Assembly: GCA_964106915.2 (NCBI GenBank)
Contig: OZ066918.1
Reading direction: 5' to 3' (one strand)
DNA from: Podarcis gaigeae
Lineage: Eukaryota
Length of the DNA: 64,000 bases
Below the pieces are notes generated by a model. That model saw only the letters and a program-made list of their open reading frames with translations. It was not told where the DNA came from and ran no database searches. Positions 1 through 11,760 of this stretch are shown here, piece by piece. Position 1 is the stretch's first letter, and the number at the start of each line of letters is the position of its first letter. The position numbers and the translations under genes were made by a program.

Positions 1-269
1 AACGCCAGAAGAGGGATCTGTGAGGGCAGCCCCAACAATTGCTCTTGAGCATCATCCTTCTGTGTTCAAATGCTTCAAATGGAAATGTAGCACTACATTG
101 AATTCTCCCTTCTGAAGCTTATGGAGAACACATGGATCCTGTTCTTAGACGTATGGATCAGCCTAGAGGGACTAGAAGAATCCACATGGATGAAAAACAG
201 ATCCTGTGAAAGGAAACCAGGTTTTGTTGATATTTCCTGCTGCTCCTCTTTCTCTTTTTGGGTTTAGAG

Positions 270-660
270 CAGGGATGGAGAACATCAGAACTAGGGTCTG
301 AATTATGGCCCTCCAGGTATCTCTGTCTGTCCCCCAGCCTCTTCTTGGTCCACGTCGCCTATCCTTAGGCTACAGCCCTCTGGCTCTGCTTTGTGCCCCC
401 CATGAGTGCTTTTGCCTGGCTGGAATGTAACATTGAACTATGATAATGTCTCTTGTTTGTGTGGGTGGCAGTTAGAGAGATGTTTATAGGGTATTGGTGT
501 ATGTAGAAACTTCTGGTTTTTATTGTACAAAGATAAGTTTGGTTGCTCTACTCTCGTTTGCTTCTCCCCCTGCCCAACAGGTGAGATGTGGAAGGTTGTC
601 CCCAGAAGGTTGCCCAGGTGGGAATTAGGCCCTGGGACTGAAAAGGTTCCCTCACCTCTG
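270..660. mobile_element. Old hAT-like non-autonomous element
   Basis: Degenerate TIRs cagggatggagaac / gttccctcacctctg; flanks gtttagag and gttagag; a similar 3' end occurs near 24900-25010. Confidence 0.55.
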
Positions 661-2019
661 GTTAGAGAGTATGAGAGCCCTTTGCAGAAAGGATCCCAGC
701 ATCAGTCTTGGAATACTATTTTTGGACCTTGGTCTATATTTCCTCCTCCTCTTCCTAAAATGCACCCAGCTAGAACATTTTAAGGAGTTCAGAGGTCTCT
801 TTGATGGACTTTTGAATCCTACAGTGCACTGCCGCCGCCTTTCTGTTCACTTTGGAGTGGGCCTTTTTATATCACAGAGGCATTTATTTATTTTTGGCAG
901 AGATTGAAATCCCCCCCCCCTTGCATAGTGTCAGGGTTCAGGCTGGGCTGTGCTCAACCATCCTGCTTGTTCCCTCCTACTGCTGTGCTGCTCTCCAAGC
1001 TGCCAGTCTCACCCCTTGTAGAAGGAAGCATTGGATGGTTGGGTGACCCTGACTGCACTAAGAGGATAAAGCTATGCTTTCTCTCTTCTAGCTGAGGACC
1101 TGTAAAGAACAGAAGAGACCCCAAATCCAGTAGTTTAGAGAGCTGTTGTATTGAGGTTTCAGGTGTTTCCTCCCTAAGCGATACAAGGTTGGCCATTTCT
1201 CCATCTCTCTCTCTCTCTCTCTATCCCCTGCACCTCCACACATTTCCTAACAAACACACAGGGAAATCTAGTGTCTGCATTGGCAACAACTGAAACACAT
1301 GTTCAGATCTTCTCTTGAGTCTGTTATTTATATTAGCCATATAAGCATTAGCATACGTTGCTTTCACCTTTGTACGTAGGAATGGAGTGCTTTATGATTT
1401 CTTAACATATTTGTAGAAGTCGTTTTTCTTGCAGGAGTGTTTGGGTTTGTTTGGTTTGTTTGTCTTTAATTGTAACGTTTTAACATTAAAATAAAGCAGA
1501 ATGAAAAGGTGCATGAGAGCGATCCATATATTCAATAATATTCATAATTACTGCTAACCTAATTAAAGCCTGCATGTCAACAAATTTTCAACGCCTTTCG
1601 GTGTTGTTTGCATTATAATAATGAACTGGCTAATTTGAGTCTCTGTTGTCTCTGGCTTCCTGAATCCTCCACTTCTAGTATGCAGGCTGGATGATGGCAG
1701 AAGCTCTGTGTGGAGTTTGTCATAATATAATTAAGAGGGCACAAGTAGTTGTTTTCAGTGTAGTGATGGATATTGTATATTTCCCTTCTTCCTTGCTCTG
1801 TGGTTTTCTCCACCTCTTGAAGACCCCCCCATAGCTACAAATGCACAGCTTCCTGGTTTCTTCTTACATCACAGCTGGGCAACTTGTAGCCCAGGGGTCA
1901 CATCTGGCTCCTGACTTAATTTTAAGTGGCTCCAAACACATTTTTACTCATTTTCTCCTTATTTTTCCTAGCTTTGCTTTCCAGAACAATAGATGTATTG
2001 GTCTGTTGTGCTAAAAAAA

Positions 2020-2097
2020 GTCATTGGTTTACTTATCTGAGAGTAATCCCATCAGTCCCAATGTGACTTACTGCTGAGTAGACTTGCACAGGATCCA
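2020..2097. repeat. Short palindromic interspersed repeat (acttac..gagtaagtccc..gggacttact..gagta type); copies near 18385-18465, 34055-34115, 35010-35165, 36035-36120, 40280-40370, 47160-47240
   Basis: Recurring degenerate hairpin motif. Confidence 0.55.
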
Positions 2098-2261
2098 GAG
2101 GTCTCATCTGAGGTACCAAGGTTAAAGTTGAAGCAGGGCAACCTTTCTCCCAGCTTAGTGAAAGCAGAGAACTTTTGACTTTAGTTCTGCACATTAACAG
2201 CTCTGGCTACACCTATAGCAGGCCTTTTGTTCCTGATAGATTCCCCTGAGCAAATGTGATT

Positions 2262-2579
2262 ATAAGAACATAGCAAGAACCTGCTGGATCAGACCAGTGA
2301 CCCAGCCAGTACATCATCCTGTTGTCCAACCAGCTGCCTATGGGAAGCTTGCAAGCAGAACATGAGTGCAACAGCACTCTGCCCACCTGCAATTCCCAGC
2401 AGCTGGTATTCAGAGACATACTGTCTCTGACAGTGGAGGCAGAACACAGCTATTGTGGCTAGTGGCCATTGATAGCTTTATCCTACTTAAGTTGGGGGCC
2501 AACTCTACTAACTGTGGGAGCAAATTCCATAATTTAACTATGCACTGTGTGAAGAAGTACTTCCTTTGTCTGTCCTGAA
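2262..2579 (-). mobile_element. CR1 LINE 3' fragment
   Basis: Minus-strand translation RKYFFTQCIVKLWNLLP resembles the CR1 ORF2 C-terminus; ataagaacat tail and CR1-type 3'UTR. Confidence 0.85.
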
Positions 2580-2895
2580 AACTCTGTGCTGTAGGACTGC
2601 AGTGGGCAACCTCAGCAGAAAAATGGTTTTCCATCGCTGTCCTACAGCATGTGTCTCTTGGAGCAAGCAGGGTACCTGAAAGACTGAGATAGGAAATGAA
2701 GTTTCTGATCTAGCTCTGTGGAATGCCAAACTCTGTGATCTCAACCAGTGTCTGTCCAAGCACCTCTGATTTTAAATGAAACAAACAAAGAAAAAAAGCT
2801 TCCATGATACAAACATGTTTACCTTACTATGGCCACATATCTAGCCTTGCAGATGTTCTCCTGTTGTGAATGGCAGACAGCAGAGAAGCAAAAGC

Positions 2896-3339
2896 TGTTA
2901 GGAGCCCGACCTATTCTTGAGTAGGACCCTGGCAGAGACACATGCCAGACTGGCATGTTCTCTCCCTCCTGGTCAATCGTTTGGGAGCTTCAAAAGCTTT
3001 CTTCTGCCTGAACATCACAGCGACTGATGCCAACAGACATCGGCACACTTAGGGATCCGCAGAGTGTTCGCAGTTTGCGTAACAGAATTCAGTAACTCAG
3101 CATTTTGGCTAATCTACTTTATTTACATATAAACATACATGGAGCACTGCAACATGGCTCCCTCTCTCTCTAGCATCAGACAGCAAAGAGAGAGAACAAA
3201 GGACAATAGTCCCACTTCATGGAACACAGCAACACAACATCTTGTCTCCGTCACTTCCCACACTGTGGAGTCAAAACATGCACCGTCATGTGATAGACAA
3301 CAATCCTATGACTGCAATCACAGAGCAGGAATCTTAACA
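2896..3339 (-). mobile_element. Solo LTR (444 bp)
   Basis: TGTTAG...TTAACA termini, perfect 5-bp TSD aaagc (2891-2895 and 3340-3344), AATAAA on the minus strand at 3118-3123. Confidence 0.85.
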
Positions 3340-5285
3340 AAAGCCTGGCTCTGTTTTTGTGCTGATTAATGATAATCTAGTAGTGTTCATCACTCTGCAA
3401 ACCCTAGCTTAATGAAAGCTGGTGGCATGAAGGGAGGCTATTTTTTGCTAACAGGCATGTGGGAGAGCATTTTTAGAGCTGGCAAAAAACAGCAAAACAG
3501 AAAGCAATGATTGTTATCTGATTTGAAATATATTCTGAGTTGTCAAATAGAAATGACTCTTCTTTCTTTGCGTGGGTTCCTTCCAGCATCTGTCGGACTT
3601 GCATAACTCATAACTAAATGTGTGTGTAGCCTCCAACCAACAGTAATGAGGTTGTGGAAATCTCCTGGATAGATTCTTCTCCTTCCCCAGCCTCTGCTGC
3701 TTTTTGTTTTGTTTCTCCTCTTAGAAAACAGCTAAACCTCATAAATTGCTGTCTCTGAGGGTGGCCACCTGCAGCTTTCCTTCTCCCCTGGAGCCGAATT
3801 TGAGCCAAGGTGACTTGGCATGGGTGGGGTGGAATCAGGGAGCTTTGTCCTCATCCTTTCGCCTTTGGCAGGTACCCGTTTAAAATTAGAAACCTCCCAT
3901 AAACAGTGCCATCTGCTGCCACCCCAACAGGCTTCCTTTTATAGCCTTTTCAGTGGTGTTTGGGAGTACCTCCTACTTAAGATACAAAATCACAACAGTG
4001 TTGTATTGGTAATAGGGAAGTGGCTAAGGATGGGTAGGCTTGAGGGGGGTTTAAATCCACACACATTTATGCAATAAAGGAGAAAAGTAGGTGTGTTCAC
4101 TGTAGAATCCCATAGGCCTCATATACCCAAGGAGAGAAGGTAGTTCAGGACTGAACTAAAGTACAGACTTTTTGTCCCCAACCAGAAGCCCATCAAGAAA
4201 GAGGCAGCCCAGAGAACATACTCTTGACTATCACAAATTCACTGGAAATGGTTGGAAAGCAAGCATTTGTTTTCCAACCATTTCCAGTGAATTCGGGATA
4301 GTCAAGAATATGTTCTCTGGGCTGCCTCTTCCTTTCTGGAAGCAGCTGCAACCACAAATACCCATCTTGGGTTCATATGAGCACGCAGAGAGAAAACTGA
4401 ACTCCCTGAGGGACTTCAGTCCCACCATTTAATTGGAAAAGCATTGACTGTTGGGCAAGTCTGAATGTCTCCATGCCACTGGTGACGTAGACCAGCCAGT
4501 TGGGGCAGCTGCCATGTTTGAGAGAATCCTAGGCAAGGTGCCTTCTGGCAGCCCCTGGAAGGGACAGGTGTTGGCAGACAGGCAGCACCAGGGACAGTGC
4601 TGTGAAGAAAAGGGCTGGGCGAGGCTGTTGAAGCCAGTTGCTACACCTTCATTATCTCTCATGGCCCTCGGCCCTACCTGTGATGGGATAAGGTGCTGAG
4701 GATAATGAAGATGGCAGTAGCTGTCTCATCTGGTGGTTCTCTTCACAGCACTGGTGCATTAACTTTATTTCTTTTTAAAAGGGATACCAATGTTCGTGGT
4801 GGCACTCCAGGGGCAGATGCATCAGCACCACGTAGTGCTGATGCCAGGATGGTGATTAGTCCTCAAAAGGTAGTATAAGAAATGGCTTGTGAAAAGCCAA
4901 TTATGAGTAGACATTGTGCCCCTGAGCTTAGGGGAAACTTTTGCTTAGCAAAAGGCCAATGAGTCTCTCAAATGGGGAGTTTTAGGAAGTGGGTAGAAAG
5001 GGAGAGAAGTGAACTTTGGCTCCCTCCTCAGTAAACTTTGGAACAAAAATGGAAAGTAGTAAAAGATAAGATGGCCAGAGCTATGATTCGGGGTGGCTAT
5101 AAACCCAGTATTCCCATGGGCTCCACTGGAAAGGAGGAAAAATTGTATTGGGGATTAATTCAAATTTTGTTTTTCATGTCAATTATTTACTGGATGACGG
5201 TCCTGTCTCTGACATGTTTTTCACCCTATTGTTTTATTTTCTTACGCCACAAATGCAAACAACACAATGAGCAAAATGACTCATA

Positions 5286-5482
5286 ATAAGAACAAAGAAG
5301 CATAGAAAGCTGCCTTATAATGAATCGGGTTACTGGTTCATCTAGCTCCTTATTGTCTATACCAACTGGCAGCTGCTCTCCAATATTCCAAACAGATTCT
5401 CTTCCAGCCCTCCTTGGAGATGCTGGCAACTGAACATGGAACCTTCTGCATGCAAAGCAAGTGCTCTACCATTGACCTATGG
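5286..5482 (-). mobile_element. tRNA-derived SINE with CR1-type tail (Squam3-like)
   Basis: catagaaagctgccttata...tctagctc...gaaccttctgcatgcaaagcaagtgctctacca; tRNA-like head on the minus strand. Confidence 0.7.
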
Positions 5483-5838
5483 TTTCGCTAAAGGGGCAGA
5501 CTTTGCACTCCCTGATCCATTTGTACCGGGTTTCCATGATACAAGGCAGCACCATCAAATAGCTTTTGGCAAAGTCTGGAGAACTGAGACCTTACAGGTG
5601 CCTCCAATTAGCCTGCTCCTCCAAAATTCTTCTCTGTCTGAAAAGTGTGAATTCTTAAATGGCTTGCCGCAGATGGTCTTTCTTGCCTGGCATACTTGTG
5701 CCAATGGGCAGGCATGTGTGGAGCAGGAGGTATTTGGTTTTTCTGGTTAATTGTGCTCAGGGATAAGTGCCTGCTAAGCTCCTGACTTGGGTTCTGCATG
5801 CTCTTTTCCATTAGCCTCTGGTTCAGAATCCAGAGCCT

Positions 5839-6862
5839 GGTTCCATTCCTTTTCTTATCGCCAGTGTTATTTACATGAAACCACTGGGTGTGATCATTAG
5901 TTGATTTGGGGTGAGGTGCTATCTGTATGCTGATGACACTCATTGCTACTTCTCCATAACATCTGAATCAGAAGAGGCTGTGCAGTCCCTGGGCCACTGC
6001 CTGGGCACAGTGGTGAGATGGATAAGGGAGAACAAGCTGAGCCTGAATCCTGGCAAGGCAGAGGCACTTTGGGTAAGCGTCTCCCGTGTCTGAGAAACCA
6101 GCCAATTGCCTACCGTGAATGGGGATGCACTCCCCCTGAAGGATCAGGTTGGCAGTTTGGGGGTGCTTCTGGATCCAGCTCTGTCACTGAGGGCTCAGGT
6201 AGCCTCAGTGCTTTTTACCAACTGTGACCAGTTTGACACCTACAGCCAGTGCTAGACTGGGAGAGCCCTGGCCACAGTAGTTCATGCACTGGTTACTTTA
6301 AGATTGGATTATTGCAATGTGCTCTATGTGGGGCTTCCCTGAAGCTGCAGTTAGTGCAGAATGCTGCAGTGAGTTGCTCACAGGAGTGAGGCCTTCTCAG
6401 CATATAATGCCTATGCTCAGAGGTCTGCACTGGTTTCTGATCTGCGACCATTAGTATATAATGCTCCTAACAACCTGGGACCACTTTACCTGTGAGATTG
6501 CCTTACCCTATACGTGCCTACTGAACTGCTTCAGTTGGTGCCACTTAATACCCGTCCTGCATCTGTAAGAATTTGATCATTTATTGTGGCAGTTCCAACA
6601 CTCCCTGCCTATTGATATTGAGTGCCTTCACTGTATTCCTTTTGGCACCTGCTGAAGACCTTCTTATTTAGTCAAGCCTACCCAGATGTTTAGAAAGCTT
6701 GTGTGAGTTTTCATTTGTTTTAGTCTATTCTAGTGTGGTTTTAACTTTCTGCATGTTTTAAATTATGGTTGTAGTTTTTTTAGTGATAATTTTATTATTT
6801 TCTCTTTTTTGTAAACCAGTTTCTACAAATAAATGGTCTATACATTTTACAAAATAAATAAG
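5839..6862 (+). mobile_element. L2-clade LINE, degraded 3' part of RT and tail
   Basis: YADD motif (ORF 5911: CYLYADDTH), LSLNPGKAE, LGVLLD, VHALVTLRLDYCN, LQLVQNAA with frameshifts; ends in (AAAT)n. Confidence 0.9.
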
Positions 6863-7919
6863 TCCTCTTCTTCTGACTCAGTGCAGGACTTGGGTTGATA
6901 TCCATGGCAGATTTTATCTAGCTCCTTAAATTCCTCAGTCTTACAAACTATTGACAATCATGTGCTTCTCGTTTTAGAGCAATGATACAGTTCCCATGTC
7001 TTGCTTATGGATGTATGCAAACATTTGAAACAAGCCCACTAGTAAAAAGGCAATCTGCTTTTCTTGTGAGGTTCCTTGCCTGTATGCATAAAATTTATTA
7101 GATTCTGCAAAACAGCTATGTCATAGTATTTGCAAGCCTATTATGTAATCGTAAAACTTGCACATTCTTCCAGTTCTGAGCTATTCATAATTTCTCACCT
7201 TTCAGCTTGTGAATTATAAATGCTTTATTGTTAGAAAAACTCCACTTCGTTCCATGTGTCATTTAATTCCATGGCACAACCGGCACAGTTAGTATTACAC
7301 CCCACCTCCATATGGGTTCAGTGGGATATTCTGGCCTAACATTACCATTTCTGATGAAATTTAAACCCTGGCACAGACTGTTCAGTTATGCATATCAAAG
7401 TGTCTCTGCTTCTATCTCCATCCGACTCCATTCCAATTCACCTGCATAAAGAAGCACATTGACGTCCTCTGTTAAGAGGCTGCATGCATTCCTGGATATG
7501 AAGCATACTCCTCTTTCTGTAGAAGCTCCATATTTCCTGTGGATATGATAATGTAACTCTGCTGAACAGGAGTACTGAACACAGCTGATAGCTACAATGC
7601 TATTATGTTCAGTGCACATTGTGTGATTATAGCTAGCATGTCCATACTAGAGGCTTTCCACAGTGTGTAGGTTCAAAATGAAAGATCTTTGTATGTGGTA
7701 AAGGGAAGTTTGCAAAAGCTTATGGAAACACTTTCTTTTATGGAAACTCATTTTTCAATGTAGCCCTTTTCACTTATGGGTGTTGAAGATTTTCCCCCAG
7801 TGGAAATCTGTTCGGCTTCCTCCTAAAAATGTCTAGGGCAGAGGTGGGAGACTTGTGAGCTGGTGTAGTAAATGGTACTTTTTCAGACTCCTGGAAGTGA
7901 ACTGCATGTTAGAATGCCA

Positions 7920-8082
7920 CCCCAGACTTTTGAAAACGACAACACCTCCCTGTGAACACCCCCCCCCAAAAAAGCTCAACAACTTTTGGCCATTTCCCTC
8001 ACCCCATTTTTTTTTTTGCTGCATTCCAAAAAAATAGGGGTCGTCTTATACATGGGTGCATGTTATACACAGAAAAATACAG
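7920..8082. mobile_element. TcMar (Tc2/pogo-like) MITE fragment, one terminus
   Basis: gtcgtcttatacatggg...tatacacagaaaaatacag|ta; same family as 59338-59504. Confidence 0.6.
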
Positions 8083-9784
8083 TACATACTACTTTTAGAG
8101 AAGCCTTTGTCTATCTTTCTGGTGTCCTAGCACTATCGCTGCTTGGTGAGGAAAGGGTAGGTGAGAAATCTGAGGTTTCTTTCTATCTGAAAAGACAGAT
8201 TTATAGCATTGGAAGGGACTCAGAGTCCCTGTAATCCAACCGTAAACTGCAAGGTAGAAAAATCCATATAACCATCACAAGTCCCTCTGATCCAGATCAT
8301 CAAAACACTCAAGCAACATTTATTGAAAAGTTCTGAATTTTTTGCATGCAGAACTTTAAATTATTTTGACACAGATATATGAACATGAATTGAGAGTACT
8401 AATAACAAAGGAAATGAACTGAACAGAACACATCCTTGTCTTGCACTTTCTCTTTTAGCAAAAGTGTTCACCTACTAAACTTGTGACTTTCTTTTTAACC
8501 AGTAAAAGGAGGCATTTGCTGACTACTCCACAGCTTGCCTTGTTCTTCAACACATTGCTGTAACACATTTTAATTAATACAGCATATGTCTCTGAACAAC
8601 TGCTGTCGAGAAACACTCTTGCGTGTGATTTATTCTAGCGATTGTGTGCCTGAGATGATGTGCTTGCGTGCCTATGTGTTGATTATGTTAGCTGACATCA
8701 TGCTGATATTGGGGTATTGGCGCGCTCTGCAAAGATCACATGAGGATGGTTCTGGATTATTGCCACATTCCGTAAGGAAATTTTCTGTCTCTTATATACA
8801 GAATCAACAATTAGCCTTGGAGAGGTCAGATTTCATTAGTGGATGTACACATTTGGTGTTTGAATGTTGCAGGTATCGTGTTTGATAGTGCCTCCAATGT
8901 GCTTGCATGGAAAGAAGGCAGAATTATGTTGGCCATATTGATAATGTGGATAGTATAGATGGTTTTCCTCTGCTACAAGTCTTATGGGGTTAAAATGTCT
9001 TTGTTGATTTTGTTTGAGAAATAATGTAGTATTCTGAAACAGCATGTTAAAATCTTGCTTGCTATTTTTTGTGCATAATCAAATGTTTAAAAACAAAAGT
9101 AAAATATTTAAAATTTCAAAATCTTTTGAATGCTTTTTTTAAAAAACAAAATTGTTAGAAGACAAAGAAGAAGTAAACATGGGGAATAACTATTCCAGTT
9201 CTTAGGCATGCTTCAACCTTTTGGTCTTCAGTGGCATATAAATATCAATTATCTGATTAGCTGTTCCAGGATTGTCTAAATTGGAAGTCATGTTCTTGAA
9301 ACAAAAGCATCACATCCTCATTCTTCTGGGTATGGATCTTAATTGCATTCCTCCCTCAGGTAAACATACCGTGGCTGGGATGCATATGGTTACTTGCCAT
9401 AGTTCTAATCAGGTGTTCAGAACCCTCAAGAACTCATGAAGCTAGCAACATCCCATTTATGATGATTCATGATCTGCTCAGTCTTAATGTGGCGGCAGGA
9501 GGCACCCTCTATGCAGGTAGGGTTTCCAGCATGGGTCTGGGAACATTAATTTAGCAAATCTTTGCTGTTTCCTACTTAAGCTTGGTAAATTAGTCAGTTC
9601 CTGCAGGGATCAGACTATAGCTTATTGCAGAAGTGACTGCTGTAGATCCAGTACATTGTACTGTACATGCTGAGATTGGAGCTAATTTTTATTTTATATT
9701 TTTGAACTTTTTGAACTTCTTTCTGAGAGGAAGAAGCTGTGTTATTGAATATATGTGTTGGACAAGGAGTGCAAGTGGAAATGT

Positions 9785-9957
9785 GTTTGTTATATTTATA
9801 TCTTGCCTTTCCTCTGAACTCAGGACTATTATTTGCACCCAAAGCAACCTTGTTACATGTCCAAAGCCAACTAGTGAGGTTGACAGCTAGCGGAGATTTG
9901 ATACTGGGAGCGCTGCATTCAAACCTAACACTCTCTAGCTATTGTACAACACAGCTT
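9785..9957 (-). mobile_element. Old tRNA-derived SINE (MIR/L2-tail type); similar decayed copies near 19240-19390, 39140-39310, 43170-43330, 47240-47360
   Basis: tttatatcttgcctttcc tail and gatttga...tacaacacagct head remnants. Confidence 0.45.
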
Positions 9958-11639
9958 TAGAATTCTTTTGCAGGCTAAGCTGAATTACGCCATGGAACGA
10001 TCGCCAGTCTCCACAGCTACTATGACATAATAGTTAAGATGGAGAATCCAAAACTTGCCATAAGCTCTCTCTGAGTGCAGTCCTCTCCTCCAAGGTTAAG
10101 CGTGTAGAGGACTGAAGCCTGTCTCAAAGGATAATATTACAAAGTGATTGTAAAGCTTATTGAGATAATGTATGCCAAGAGCTTTGCTATATCAGCTCTA
10201 AATACTGTACTAAAAATGCCAATTATTAAAAGAGGATTAGTAACCAGTATAGAATATTGAGCTACATGGTAATTTTTAACAGGAGTTTGCAGATCAAGCC
10301 TTGCCCTGAAATTGATCTTCGATGAAATAAACAACTGTTACTTATGTGAGTTTGAATTAAACCACTGATGTTGCAAGGCATAAAAATGCAAAATATCCTC
10401 ATTTAAGCACTTTGCTTGTTGTGTTTAGGAGTTTTAGTGCCTTGCATAAAATGTAGGAAGATGGAGAATAAATCACAAATAGCATCTTGTTCTCTCCACG
10501 AAACATTTCGGCCCAAATGTTTAATACATGGTATTTAATGATGCAGAAGGAATTGCTAACCTATGTAGCAATGCTGCGCCTGCTGTAGCAGAGCAACGTC
10601 CAGAGTGCGAACGCATCCCTGGAGAATCCAGTTGTGTGAATGTTTAGCCAGTTGTTAGTAGCCCTGGGATTTAATGAGAGCAACTTCCGAAGCTTGGGAA
10701 GGGAAAACAGTCTTTGCCTTTTAAAGGATCTTGTCACGACTCTGACGTGAATGACTATGCAGAGGCCCAAGACAATTTCCCATATGCGACACATTAGCTG
10801 GCAACTGGCGGGTGATTGCCTGAAATGAAGCAGAAGGGAAATCTGAAATATAGACTAAAAAAAAAAAAAAAAAAAGAGTACAACAGAGTTCTCTGGCGAA
10901 TATTAAAGGTGCAGGATTGGGAATGGTAGTGCTAAAAAGGAGTGGAAGGATGAGGAGGGGATATAGAGTTCAGTGGGAGGCTTGGGGCACAAGTCAACAT
11001 GCAGTAATGGTGGGCAGTAGAAACCAAACTTAAGAGATGGTGGGTAACCAAGCAAAAGCAACCAGCCTTGTTTTGTATCTTCCAAGTTCTGGGAATGCCT
11101 AAAAGCCAAAACCAGAGAACCTAGACTGTTGTGGTTAAGCAGATTCTGATACATCTACATGCTTGGTTTGTCTTTATCGTTTTGGATAGTTGAAGTTTTT
11201 TTTTTTTTAATGTAACAACAACAGCATCTAAAGGAAGAAGCATACACAATATATATAGCTTGGTAAATGGCAGATCCACATGCTCAGCATAGCACGAGAG
11301 ACTCTGGAAGCAGGAGCAGCAATGTGATTTTGAGGGCTTTGCAGACCTTTTTGCCACATTTTCCATTTACAAGTGAGCAACACACGAAGAAGGCTTGAGT
11401 TAGTGGTAAATCTTGGGGATAAATTTTATGAGCTATGAATTCTTTTAGCACTATTAAGAAGTGATTTATTATTACAATTATTGTTTTTTAAAAGCTTCTA
11501 TTTTGCATTTCAGGAATCCCTCTGTGGCCTCCAGTGACACTCATCAACTCAGCAGGAAGGTGCTCCAACCATCTCAAGGTTTTCTTGTAGAAAAGGGCTG
11601 TGTTGCCCAGTGGGCAGCAGCCTTTGTCAACCAGGAAGA

Positions 11640-11760
11640 ATGAGAAGGAATGTACCCCTTTATCAGATGGCTCTCTTTGTGGTTGCTACAATGGGATATC
11701 CCTCCAGACGCTCTGCTGTAGATTTGGATGCCACCCCCCGAATGACAATTGTCTATAACG
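11640..11760 (+). CDS. SEMA4G: SEMA4G coding exon 1 (signal peptide; the exon probably starts at 11514 with 5'UTR)
   Basis: [40 protein letters not shown] matches the SEMA4G N-terminal LDATPRMTI motif. A at -3 of the ATG; donor G|gtaaag (phase 1); upstream acceptor ttttgcatttcag ends at 11513. Confidence 0.9.

Noticed and set aside
8100-8620. Possible ancient minus-strand LINE RT remnant (RQGC-like motif near 8430-8445)
   Set aside because: Too degraded to support without a profile search.
1-11500. Exons of neighbouring genes expected from human synteny (SLF2 upstream; MRPL43 downstream of SEMA4G)
   Set aside because: No matching coding sequence recognised here or after 62993.
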